Below are positions 52,715-64,000 of a stretch of 64,000 bases of DNA, piece by piece. The DNA is from Vicugna vicugna (Eukaryota). The stretch is taken from contig MU057865.1 in the NCBI GenBank assembly GCA_013265495.1, forward strand, positions 62,001 to 126,000, read 5' to 3'. How positions within the stretch are numbered: the stretch's first letter is position 1; each line of letters starts with the position of its first letter. A model generated the notes under the pieces. The model was not told the origin of the DNA. It saw only the letters and a program-made list of their open reading frames with translations, and searched no databases. The position numbers were made by a program, and so were the translations under genes.

Positions 52715-53072
52715 TGTTTTAGACTAAATCGTGTCTACCCAAAATTCATATGTTGACGCCTCAGCCCCCATTGTGACTGTATTTGAAGACAAGGCCTTCT
52801 TCAGGTGGGTAATAAAGGTTAAGTGAGATCATAAGAGTGGAGCCCCAATCCAGTAGGACTGATGATCTCATAAGAAGCGGAGGAGACCCCAGAGGTCTCT
52901 CTCCTTGCACACACAAAGAAAAGGCCATGTGAGGATCCAGCTCTCCTAAAAACCAACTCTGACAGCACCTTGATGTTGGATTTTTGGCCTCCAGAGCTGT
53001 GAGAAAAATAAATTCCTATTGTTAAGCCACTTAGCCCGTGCAATTTTGTTAGGACAGCCCGAGCAACCAATC
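52715..53072 (+). mobile_element. MLT1A/B (MaLR) LTR
   Basis: ccaaaattcatatgttga...aatccagtaggactg...cctccagagctgtgagaaaataaatt. Confidence 0.8.
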
Positions 53073-54054
53073 GCCCCCTCTAGAAGAGCACAAGCTTATC
53101 ACTAGAGTTGGGGATGAAGTGGGCAAGTGCCGCCATATTGGTTTTGGAACATAAAGTGTCCTTCGAACACTCATGTCCTCACGGGAGGACGGAGCGAGAG
53201 ATGATTTACATTGCATGATGTGAGAAGTTGGGGTTATGGTTCCTGTCTGGGATTTCAGGACTGCTTTTTCTTTCTTGGTATGAAATTCGCTTATCCAAGG
53301 ACTGACCCCCTGGCCATAGCTTCATTAGCACCATGTTCCACTGCTGACAGACCTTTGGCCTTGCCTTTGCCACACAGTATACATCACACAATACATGTCT
53401 TTACACTTGCACAGCCTCCTTCCCCACACTTAGCACAGGGGTTTCTGTGCTAACCCCACAGAAAATTCAACACCTAAACAAAGACAGGCACATGGTCATA
53501 TATTTGTGTTTTCCCTTCAAATACATCATGTCTTAGGCAGTAAGCAAGTCTCTAAATCCTGCCACAACAAGAGAGAAGTATATTTGTCATCATTTATAGT
53601 CTATAATTGAGGATTATCTTTGAGTAGCACTTTCCCTGTTGTTGAACACAAACTATCTTGTCTGTGTTATAGCTGGGGGCTGCTTTCCAGATCCACACAG
53701 AGTCTCACTCTCTCCTGAGGTGTCATTAAATATAATACAAGCAACACTTGCCGAAACTGAAAGCAGAGGTGCCCTCTCCAAACCCCTTCCCAAATAAAAG
53801 TGGAGTGGAGTGAAGTTTGCTGATGTCCATGGTCGCCTTCCCCTCTCAGAACTGAAAACTGAAAAGTTGGCTTTTCGAGATAACCCACCTTCTTGACGTT
53901 TTCTCTAGAAGTGCCCGTTCAGTAGTATATTACCTTACTCCTTGAAACTGACTCACAACAAACTTACAAGAAAGTGATTGCTCCTCCCAGGACAATATGG
54001 ATTCTAAAAGAAGGCTCCAGACAAAGCACTCCGTATACTCAAAGTACACAGGTC

Positions 54055-54490
54055 TACCTTAGCGTAGATTCCATCCAAAGAGGATCATGAGATGAAGATC
54101 CAAGTGCAATAGTTTACTTGGAAGGTGACCCCAGAAAACTCTGGTAGGGGAGTGGAGAAGTGATTGGTAAGAAAAGGACCAATAAAGGGTATATTCTCAA
54201 GCAAGTTACTACTGTGGACATCTGGTGCTTAATTCATCCAGGGAACTGGAAAATAGTCTAGAATGAGGACCTCAGAGTCATCCCAGGCCATGCAGGAAGG
54301 AGTTGGGAGATTTACTACCCACCTGAAGGGGAGAGGGGACTATAGGAGCAATTCTGTCTTGCTCAGTGAGCAGACAAGCAGGCTCCAACAGCCAGGTGGA
54401 ACCAGGTAGAGTCCGAAGTGCTGATAGGCAGAAATTTGGAAGGTGTGCATCTAACGGTTATTGCTGCAGGGAAGTGTGTAGGGCCCGTCA
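54055..54490 (-). mobile_element. Old ERVL LTR (LTR33-like)
   Basis: agtgcaatagtttacttggaaggtgaccccagaaaac...caataaagggtat...aagttactactgtgg. Confidence 0.5.
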
Positions 54491-56064
54491 GCTTTAGGGT
54501 CCTATTGCTGACTGATTTATTCAGGAATAATCTGCTTCCTTTAAAAAGTAACTTAAACTTCAACAATTTACAGTTATGAAGAAATGAAATTGAATGACAT
54601 GGTTATTGTAAGCGTTAAGAGCCTCCTACATGTGAGAAATGTTAACATATATGTGGATTCTTGAAGAGATACTGCCTTTGAATATTTTAAGGAACTCCAT
54701 AATAGTCACAGCACAATCTGGTTAACAATTTTGAAAAAAAAAAAGAAATTTTAAACAAATGCAAACTTCATTCCAAAGACTATTTGAAGAACCAAATTCC
54801 AAACTAATCCAGAGTGGATTTGCGATGGTTTTCAATTTGTTTGTCGGTTTGTTGGTTTTCGACATGATGGCAACATTTTAAGTGGTCACTGAACAATGGC
54901 TTGAAGAAATATAGCTGCTTTATATTTTCCAGCTGATAATGCAGCTTTTTATGGTTTCCGCCCTGACTGCATCTTTCTGTTAACGCCTTGCTTGTTACTA
55001 GTAATGTATAAAGGACTTTCTGCCTGATCCAGTCACCCCTGGGAAGGAAGCAAACTTTAAGTGTCAACCAAGGCTTCAGAATGCCTGAGGCTAACAGGGA
55101 AATTCTCTACGGCCTTACTGAAGATATTTAAAAATAAAATACTTGTACTCCTTTGCTAGGAGCTTCCTCAGTCTCCTATAGAGTTGAAGAGGCAAGAAGG
55201 AACTGCCAGAAGGAAATGCCATTGACTGTATCCCATATGGAAAGTTTCTTGAATCCTAAAGAAGACATTTGTTGTTTGAAGTCCTGAATGTCTGCTGTAT
55301 TAAACTAGTCAAACCTTTTCTCTCCTCTGGATTAAGAAAATACGTATTGTATAGTTTCGACAAATGCATATAATTGAACTTTCAGAATAATTATGCATGT
55401 TTTTCCAATCAAAAATCATGATCAAAATTCTCATTTTATGAATGTAATTAAATCATAACTAGTTGTTTTGTGTGTAAGGAAGGTTCTCATTTCTATAAGT
55501 AACTACTTTAGTGAACGTGAAATTATGTCGGGAGTCAAATTTGTCCCATACACTCTAGTTATATGTACTCAAAGATTGCTCTTGTTTTATTTGTGCCAAG
55601 ATTAGAAAAATTAGATTGAACAATTCTTGATCTTGCGATTTAAATGCCTTTAGTAACTGAATGGAAACAGTAAATGATGAATAATTCAAACAAGGATTTA
55701 TTGAGCACTTGTTACACGTGCAAAGTGTGCTTGGCTTTGTGGAGAAGGGAGAAGAGATGGAGGAGAGAAATGATCCGTGCGTGGAAATCACTGTGCTCGA
55801 TGCTTTGTCTATGCTGTATAATATTCCCATCAATCCTGTGTCACAGTTATTATTGTAACTGTTTTCCAAAAGAGAAAACTGAGGTTCTTAAACTCAAAAG
55901 AACTTACACAAGTTTATGCAACTGGGAAGTGGCAGATCGAAGGCAGAAATCATATCTATGTAATTCAGCAGTTCACTTTCTTTCTATGACATCTGCCTTC
56001 CAAAGAGAAACCTGAGTACTTTGAAGCTGCAAAACAGATTGCAAAAACATTATTCTGCAGGCAA

Positions 56065-57410
56065 TTTTTTAAAAACAATTATCCCTGAGGTAATATTGAT
56101 GCATAGTAAAGTACATCAAGTGTGTGATTTGAGCAATTTTGACATGTGTACACCCATACATCATCATAAGCAATAAATGAACACCCTGAAATCATTACCC
56201 CAAAAGGTTTCTTGAGATTATTTGGAATTCTTTTCTCCTGTCCCTCTTTTCACCCCCAAGCGATCGCTGATCTTCTTTCCCTCATTATAGATTAGTTTAC
56301 TTTTTCCAGAGCTGCATATAAATAGAATCGGACAGTATGTACCTTTTTGCCTGGCTTCTTTCATGCAGCATAATTATCCTGAGATTTAGCCATGTTGTGA
56401 CACGTATCAATAGTTTATTCCATGTTATTGCTAGGTGATATTTCGTAGCATGGATAAAGGATCATTTGTTCACTCACCTGTCATTTCCAGTTTTGAGCTA
56501 TGACAAATAAAGCTGCTATGAAAATTATGTATGTCATAAATAAAAGCATGCTTTTTTCCCCCCTTTGGGTAAATACCCAAGATTTGAATGGTTAGATCAC
56601 ATAGGAGGTACATTTTTTAACTTTTTTAAAAAACTTTTTTCAGTATATACCATTTCACATTCCCAGCAGCAGTATAAGAGAGTTTTGAGTTGTTCCACAT
56701 GCTTGCTAACACTTGATATTGTCAGCTTTTTCATTTTAGCCATTTTAATCAGAATGTAGTGGTATCTTACTAAGATTTTCATTTGAATTTCCCTGATGAC
56801 TAATGATGCTAAACATCTTTTCATCTGCTTATTTGCCATTTGTTCATCTTCTATAGTAAAGTAGCTTTAGAATCTCTTGCTCTTTTTTAAAAAAATGGAT
56901 TTTTCCTCTTATTGAGTTGTAAAAGTACTTCATACATTCTAAATACAAATCCATTATTAGATACATTTTCCTGTATTTTTCATCAAAATGTCTTTGCTTT
57001 TTCATTTTCATAACAGTATCTTCTGAAGAGGAAAAGTTTTTAATTTTAGTGAAGTCAAATCTAGTTTTACTTTAATGCTTTTTATTTTATGCCTTTTGCT
57101 CGGTATTAAAAATTCTTTGCCAAACAGAAAAATCACTGTGATTTTTCCTGTTTTTTTTTATGTTTTATAGTTTCAGCTATTACATTTAGGAATAAAATCA
57201 ATTTCAAGTTGATTTTTCCATATAGCATTATGAAAAAATCGAGGAGGTCTTTATAGTATTCTATAAAAACTTAGGGGTTTTTTTTTTGCTTGTTTGTGGA
57301 CATATATACCTAGAGAATTGTTTCACACTATCTGTTGGAAACATTACCCTTTCCCTATGGAATTTCTTTGGCACATCTGTCAAAAATAAATTAGGCATAT
57401 ATGTGTACAT
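56065..57410 (-). mobile_element. Old LINE-1 (L1MB/L1MC) 3' portion
   Basis: Antisense peptide MANKQMKRCLASLVIREIQMK and L1 3'UTR motifs. Confidence 0.75.
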
Positions 57411-57954
57411 CTGCCTTCAAAGAGACATACTAAGCTTCTTTGTCTTAACTCATCAACCTACGCTTTATTGAAAAAATTACTCAAGGTGATGCAAAAGCAA
57501 AATAAAAACAAGTCCAAGTAAATAGAATGACACGAAATAGAGTAAACAGTGAAAGCTGGATTTAAATCACGATGTAAAGGCAAAACTAGAAAGAAATCAA
57601 GAGAAGTTGCTTGGAAGATCAACAAAGAGCAACCCGGCCCCTAATGTCATTAGTACGTGAGACTGAGAACCTGTAACATAGAGCATTACATTTCTTCCCC
57701 TTGGATCCAGCCGTAATAATTAGTTCTATAAAAATGACATTTATGGAATTATAACAATAATATTGAGAGTCCCTAAGGTTCTTTTAATGTTACAGAGCAG
57801 ACTGTGAAAATATCAGTTTAGGCAACAGATTTTTTTAATGCATTTCATTCTAGACAAATTGATTAAAATGTTATATGCTGTCATGATAATTTTGCTTTTG
57901 AATGTGCAATATTCATTACAAACTTCACAAATCTGGCACTAAAAAATTGTTTGT

Positions 57955-58153
57955 AGACAACATTGTAACTGATTATACTTCAATAAATAAATATATATAT
58001 ATATACACACACACACACAAATTACTAAAAAAAAGGAAAAAAGAGAGAGACAAGGAATACTGTGGACTTTACAAAACTGAAGAATTCTACTCTGTGAAAG
58101 ATCTTACTCAGAAAATCAAAAGACAAGTCACAAACTAAGAAAAAGAGTTGTGG
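57955..58153 (+). mobile_element. Tiny L1 terminus plus extra sequence inside a TSD (probable 3' transduction)
   Basis: Perfect 14-bp TSD AAAAAATTGTTTGT at 57941-57954 and 58154-58167. Confidence 0.7.
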
Positions 58154-58470
58154 AAAAAATTGTTTGTCAAAAAGCAGGTTCAAGGCCAGTCCTCAAGGGG
58201 TTCGCCGGCCAGAAGAAATAGGAAACATGCTAATTAATTCATACTCACCAGGCCAAAAGGGAATGGTAGGGGCCCAAAGAGAAGTACAGCTGAAAGTATT
58301 CAAAGAGATTTAAAAAGGTAAGAATATATTCCCATTTGGGGCGATCAGGGGAGCCTTCCCACCAAAGACAGGTGTGAGGTGGACTTTGACAGGACAGGCT
58401 TTGGCCACACGGCAGTGAGGAAGAGCAAATTCCAGCAGTGGAGAGCTTGAGCAGTGGCATGAAGACAGGA

Positions 58471-58483
58471 CAGCAGGGGGCGC
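58471..58483 (+). promoter_or_regulatory. Candidate CTCF site
   Basis: CAGCAGGGGGCGC closely matches the CTCF core CCA(C/G)CAG(G/A)GGGCGC and retains its CpG. Confidence 0.45.
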
Positions 58484-58670
58484 ATAACAGGACTAGAAGG
58501 AACATGTGAGGAGTTGTATGGTTTTCACTCCAGAATGTTCTGTGCAGAAAAGGATGTTCAAAACGTTGCTTTGTCAGGGAGAAATGAACCAGGGAAAACC
58601 AGGATTCCAAATCCCAGTACCCCAGTACTCTGCCCAACCTACCATATCCATTCAGTTAATCAACTGAATA

Positions 58671-58800
58671 TTTTATTTCATTTTATTTTATTTTATTATT
58701 TTTTGAGAGTTACACTTTATTCAGTGGACATTTCTGAAGACTTGAACCCCTTTGAACCCAGGATGACAGCCTCTCAGCTCGCTCTGAGGGGCTGCTCCCA
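58671..58800 (-). mobile_element. Polyadenylated ERV1 LTR R-region fragment
   Basis: Minus strand: LTR R-like sequence, AATAAA (58716-58721), 11 nt, then an A-rich tail (58671-58704). Confidence 0.55.
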
Positions 58801-59900
58801 AAAAATGAAATTTTAAAGAAAAGAAATAGTTTATTTCTTTTAAACAGTTAAACATGTCAAAGAGAAAATATGAAAGAAAAAAAAACACACTTCTTAGTTC
58901 AGATCACTTTTATCCACAAAGTACTCCCTGGATTTTTCCAGACCTTGACAACTCTATTCTCTGAACACTTACTTCACTACAGTGGCTTGCAAGGAAACAC
59001 CTCGGACTATTAGCCACACTACTGTGTTTAGTCTTGCCTTCTAAAATAAATATGTCCCTTCTTTTTTGAATACAGTTTCCCCACTTTTTGATTAATAAAA
59101 TTTCTCACAGTGCAATCCTAAAAAATTACATACCTGCAAGAAATATTTTTGTCCGGACATATTTCTGTTTTGTGATCCATTCAGCAGAGGCTGGATATGA
59201 CTAGAATTGAGGTTGTGTCTTGCAGCCTAATTTGTGTGTGGTTTGTTTTGAACCAGCATGCTATCAGCCTTTTTATAGCTCCATATCAGGTTTATGTATA
59301 CTTCAATCAATACCTCAGGGTACACTATTTGATGATTACAATAAAGGAAAAAAAAAAGATCTGTTTTGTTGTTCTTTGTGAAGATATTTTCATTATGGCA
59401 TGTCACTCAGTTATAAGAGTTTATGGAACCATTTACACCCAACGGACGCTTTAAACATACGATTTTATGACAACTAAACTCCAAGATAAATGAAAACATG
59501 TTAGAAAGATATTAGGATCCTTTCCTTGGTCTTTGATTGATAAGAATTAGGGCAATAAAAAGGGTTTTCCTTTGTATCATCCTGCCTGTTACAAGGCACT
59601 GGAGAAATGGAGCTGAGATGGCATGTTCAAAACAGCTACCTTGCTCGCTCATTAACAGCAAGGTCTCCAAAGCTACGAATTTAAAAATGAAAACCAAACA
59701 AATGACTTTTTAAGTGATGTTCTAACACTTTGGGTCAATTAAACAAGTATCTGTTGGACACTCTCCGTAATTCTAGGAGTCTCTATCTGGTCAATGGGTA
59801 CCTCTCTTCTCTCAAATAGCACCCCCATGACCTACAGTTCCCCAACAGTATCATTCTTTTGAGTTATGAGGCCATTTTGGTTTAAAGAGAGTCATTTAAA

Positions 59901-60053
59901 GACAGGGGAGGGTATAGCTCAGTGGTCGAGTGCGTGCTTAGCATGCACGAGGTCCTGGAATCAATCCCCAGTACTTCCATGAAAATAAATAGATAAATAA
60001 GCCTAATTACCTTCCCCTAACCAAAAAAAAAAAAAAAAGAGAGAGAGAGAATG
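59901..60053 (+). mobile_element. Camelid tRNA-derived SINE (vic-1-like), full length
   Basis: ggggagggtatagctcagtggtcgagtgcgtgcttagcatgcacgaggtcctgg; 17-bp TSD aaagagagtcatttaaa / aaagagaggcatttaaa. Confidence 0.92.
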
Positions 60054-60079
60054 AAAGAGAGGCATTTAAAATCCAAGCC

Positions 60080-60440
60080 ACTACAGTGGGAGAAATTTGA
60101 ATATGAACTTCATATTAAATAGTACTGTTTGATCAATGTTACATTTCTTGATTTTTGTGCATTGAACTGTGGTTATGTACGAAAAAAAGGAGTCCACATT
60201 CTTGGGAAATATGTGCTGAAGGAATGAAGAGTCATGACCTCTGCAAACTACTTTCAAGTGTTTCAGCAAGATGATGATAATTATTAAAATAATCATAAGG
60301 ATGCTGCCGTGGGTGTTTTATATGATAGAGAGAGAAAGCAAATGTGGCAATATGTAACACTGGGTTGAATTTAGATGAAGGATGTATGGGGATACAAAGT
60401 AACATTCTGAAAACTCTAGATACTAAAGTATTTTTGATAA
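60080..60440 (+). mobile_element. Old L1MC-like 3' fragment
   Basis: gggagaaatttgaatatg...atcaatgttacatttcttgattt...ctctgcaaactactttcaa. Confidence 0.55.
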
Positions 60441-61148
60441 AAGTTTGCTTGAGCAGGATCAAGCATCTGCCTGATCAAAAAAGAACCCACAGAAAATGGT
60501 ACCCAGGTGGTACCTACAGGAGGAGTTGGTCCCTCAAAGCTCCTTAGCATTTTTTTTCTTTATACTTAATTGTTGCTGTGTTGCAGACCCCGAGCACACT
60601 CTTCTGCATCCCTTATTCTTTCCATTTTAGTCATTCTCAGCACATGATTTACTGACATTTCTTCACCTCTAGGTTAACCTACTAACAGTATCTACTCTAA
60701 CTTGCTGTCCCAGAAGAAGTGTCTCCACCCTGCACGCCCTCCGAAGGCAACCACACGTCTTCCCTCCTCCAGGGTGGTCACTCAGTGATCAGTGATGCTC
60801 ACCCTTCCTTCCTTCAGCCTCTTGCTGGTTATTGCCCCCTCCCCTTGGCCCTTCCCTGCCTCCCAGCATATATACGTATGTGTCTTCTCCTTTCACAAGT
60901 CTTAAAGTATAAAGGTTATAGTGAGGTGCTCCCCACCAAGAACATGGAGAAAACAAAAAGAGCTAAAATATGATCACATACAGATCACATGTAACGGACT
61001 GAAGTGGAAATTGACAAAGTGACCTTAAAGAGACAGAATGGCTCTAAGGCCATAAAGACTTGGCTAAAATAAAACTAGTAATATTAACATATACATAGAA
61101 ACAATACGGTCATCACTTAAAAGATTAGTTTAGAAGTACGGCAGAGGA

Positions 61149-61297
61149 GGGGGAGGGTGTAGCTCAAGTGGTAGTGTGCATCTTAGCATGCACAAGATCC
61201 TGGGTTAAATCCCCAGCACCTCCTCTAAAAATAAATAAACAAACCTAATTACCTTCCCCTGTAGAGAAAAAAAAAAAAACTAAAAGAAAAAAGGGGA
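61149..61297 (+). mobile_element. Camelid tRNA-derived SINE (vic-1-like)
   Basis: ggggagggtgtagctcaagtggtag...aaacctaattaccttcccc; TSD tacggcagagga / tatggcagagga. Confidence 0.88.
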
Positions 61298-61309
61298 TAT
61301 GGCAGAGGA

Positions 61310-61550
61310 AAAACAAAGACAGAACTATAGTGATGGAAAGCAAGTCAGTGGTGGCCATGGGATGGGAGTGGAGGGGGTGAGGGGAACTGGCTGCAAAGCG
61401 CTATTTTAGGCTGACGGAAGTGTTCCAGACCTTGATCATGGTGGTGATTACACAACTACACACATTTGTCAAAACTCATCAGCTTGTACCTTTAAAACTG
61501 GTCCATTTTACTGTAGGTAAATTATAATTCAACAAAATTAGTTTTAAAAT
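61310..61550 (+). mobile_element. Old L1MB/L1ME 3' end
   Basis: ctatagtgatggaaagcaagtcagtgg...catttgtcaaaactcatcagcttgtac. Confidence 0.65.
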
Positions 61551-64000
61551 GGAAGTTATTACCTATACCAGTGTTGGTAGTAACGAGACTGGAAGGACAC
61601 ACATCGCAACTGACTATGACACAGCCTGGGTGGGCACAACGCCCTGTTTGTGATGTTGGGTAGTGGGAAGGCGTGCTCCCTTCTGCTACGACCCTCAGGG
61701 TCAACGTGCCCTTCCCAGTCTGCACTCGTTGCTCTGAAACTGCTTTCCTCTGGGAGCTCCCAGCTCTGCCCAGAAGCCTTACTGCATGGTATGTAATAAA
61801 ATTATCCTTTACTTTATTTGAATATATTGAGAATGTCCCTCTTGTTCAGAGTGTACTCAAGGTATTATAGCCTTCCCGGAGACTTACAAGGACACAAACA
61901 AACCTTTTAGTTGTTACCCGATATTATCTCAACCACCCTGGGCTTAAAATTACCCATAACAGCAGAAAACATCTGTTCCTTACATTTCTTCTATTCCTCT
62001 GGGAGGAGAAGGGGAGCAGACAAAGGAAAAATAGTCTAATTGCACCCAGAATGGATTTTTCTCTTTTGTTAGGCTCAACCCAGGAAATTCTAAATCCTAG
62101 CAGCCCGTCTGTCAGCATCTGGTCCCCCGGAGACAGAGAGAATGCTTTCATTTAGCTGAAGGTTGCTACAGGCAGCCACACGCCCGCCTGGGAAAATACA
62201 TCAATTTTTAAAAGTGTGAAAATGACTGCTCAAGGGAGGCAGAGCCCGGGTTATATGCCCTATCTCAGAGCCTTCAGCCCCAGTGGCAGGGACCAGCCGG
62301 GACCGGGATGACCCCGGAGATTCAGGAATTCAGTTTGTCTGACATCCTCACAATCCCTAGGCTGCACTGAGGAGGAAATGTTAACTACCACCAGCTCAGA
62401 GACACCATCGATGGCAGGGACCCGATCCTGGCTCCGAAGGAGGTAACGCCAGCCCCTGACTCAGCTTCCCCAGGCTGGACCTTTCAGAGAATGATGAGTG
62501 AATGCTGCCATAAAAGATTGCCTTTGTTCCAGACAAACAGCTGGAGGAAATGTACGCCCCGGCATCCAGCTAACCCGCCGAGCCCTGCCTGTCTGTTCCT
62601 CAGCTCAGTCCAGTTCCTGGCCCCTATCTGCCCCTCTTCTTTTCTGCAAGCTCCCTCCAACCCCTTCTCCCCAAATCCTGGCAACACCAAGACTCAACAG
62701 GCTCAGGGCCCAAATGATTCAGTCCCAACTTTGATTCGGCTGGCACCGACTTTCCCTCCTTTTCTGGTGTTCCGTTGCATCTGTAATCCACACCACATAG
62801 TGTTTCATAATTGTTTCATGAGTGTATATACTTTGAAATTTATCCTATAAATTTCTCTAGCACCTGGCAGACTGCTTGACATTTGCTACTGGTTTCTAGG
62901 CTGAAAAACTTTGAGAAAAGTAATTTCCAGCTACTTCCTTATATCTGGGGCAGTGGGGGGACACCTAACTCACTCAGAATGATGCTCAAAACTCAGTCAC
63001 CCTGGGAAATATTCCTGTTCCCCATGTGATGTGACATTTTTCTCCAGGAGAACAACTCTCACCTTCTATGTTGCTAACTCTATGGCTTTGACAAACAGAG
63101 TTCACCTGGAATCTCCCTTCACATCGTGTTTAAACGTTCACCCTTTCAGCAAAGACTTCAAGCTGTATCTCACTGAGCCAGTCGGCTTCACTCATTTCTG
63201 ACCAATTTTTGATTTACCAAAGGCCAAAGTTCAGCTGGAGGACAGATGAAAAAGCCCCAGGTAACCACTGAACTTCTGATTAGAGAAATAAGATAACCAC
63301 ATCTGATTTCACATTCTGGTATCTACAGAAACTGGCTAGGAAAGATTTTTTCCCAGGGTTAGAGAGAGGAAGGAACACATATGGACCAAAAATGGCATGT
63401 GGTTAAAGGATTTATGACTTAATAGAAGGAGAGATTTATTATAATCTTCAGAGTGGATAAGAAACACACTGGTGATGGGCCTTTCCAAAAACTCGAATGC
63501 TATTCTGAGAAGTCTAGTTCTGGCAGGGGACTTTTATCTTCTAATTAAGTGGAATATACTATGAATAATAAAGGATTTTGCTCCTCATGGAAGGTACAGG
63601 TGGCCACCGTCACTAACGCATTGTGGAGAGCAGGGCCAGCTCACAGCACAGTGGTGCAATATAAGAGGTTTGGTTTGGTTCTTCTCTGTCCTCCTCCACG
63701 TGGGCAGACCTGTCCCGCATCCCCTCCCGAGTCTTTTCATGAACATCTCCCATATTAACCACCTCAACCTCTTGCACCCTTTTTCTCCCTTTTCTGCTGC
63801 CCATCACAGACTCCTCCCAGCCCAATGTGAGAGTCACGCTATAATCAATGGAGAGATGCTTTTAGCGTGCATTCCCCCCAAAGGCACATTCACTTGAGCA
63901 GGGAGAAGACTGACATAACCCAGGGGTGTGAGCTCCTGAAAGACATTTCAGCCTTGAGGGCTCTCTAAACACAAACTTCATTCCAGGCCGTCTAGCTGGT

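Noticed and set aside
58245..58637. 130-aa minus-strand ORF
   Set aside because: No recognisable domain; composition typical of non-coding sequence.
59905..59980. tRNA gene (also at 26403, 46420, 49687, 61149)
   Set aside because: The tRNA-like heads are followed by SINE-type A-rich tails, four of the five with TSDs; they are SINEs.

Overview
Repeat-rich mammalian genomic DNA, most likely camelid (alpaca/llama/camel). The evidence is five copies of a tRNA-derived SINE matching the camelid vic-1 type and cetartiodactyl-type L1 3' ends. I recognise no protein-coding gene, tRNA/rRNA gene or CRISPR array, so the window reads as intergenic or deep intronic. The only protein-like ORFs are transposon relics: L1 ORF2 reverse transcriptase, ERVL pol and an ERV1 env tail. 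Roughly half of the window is decayed transposons (L1, L2, CR1, MIR, SINEs, ERV1/ERVL/MaLR LTRs, Tigger and hAT DNA transposons). I found no convincing new multi-gene system. The most interesting signals are small structural events: (1) an 81-nt pre-miRNA-sized hairpin apparently made by a template-switch inverted duplication inside an MLT2 LTR; (2) a solo LTR whose octamer/CCAAT/TATA promoter core is tandemly duplicated; (3) an L1 nested in an internally deleted L1 so that the pair mimics one element; (4) a probable L1 3' transduction; (5) a polyadenylated ERV R-region retrocopy. Repeat family names come from my recall of consensus sequences, not from a database search. Boundaries without target-site duplications (TSDs) are approximate.
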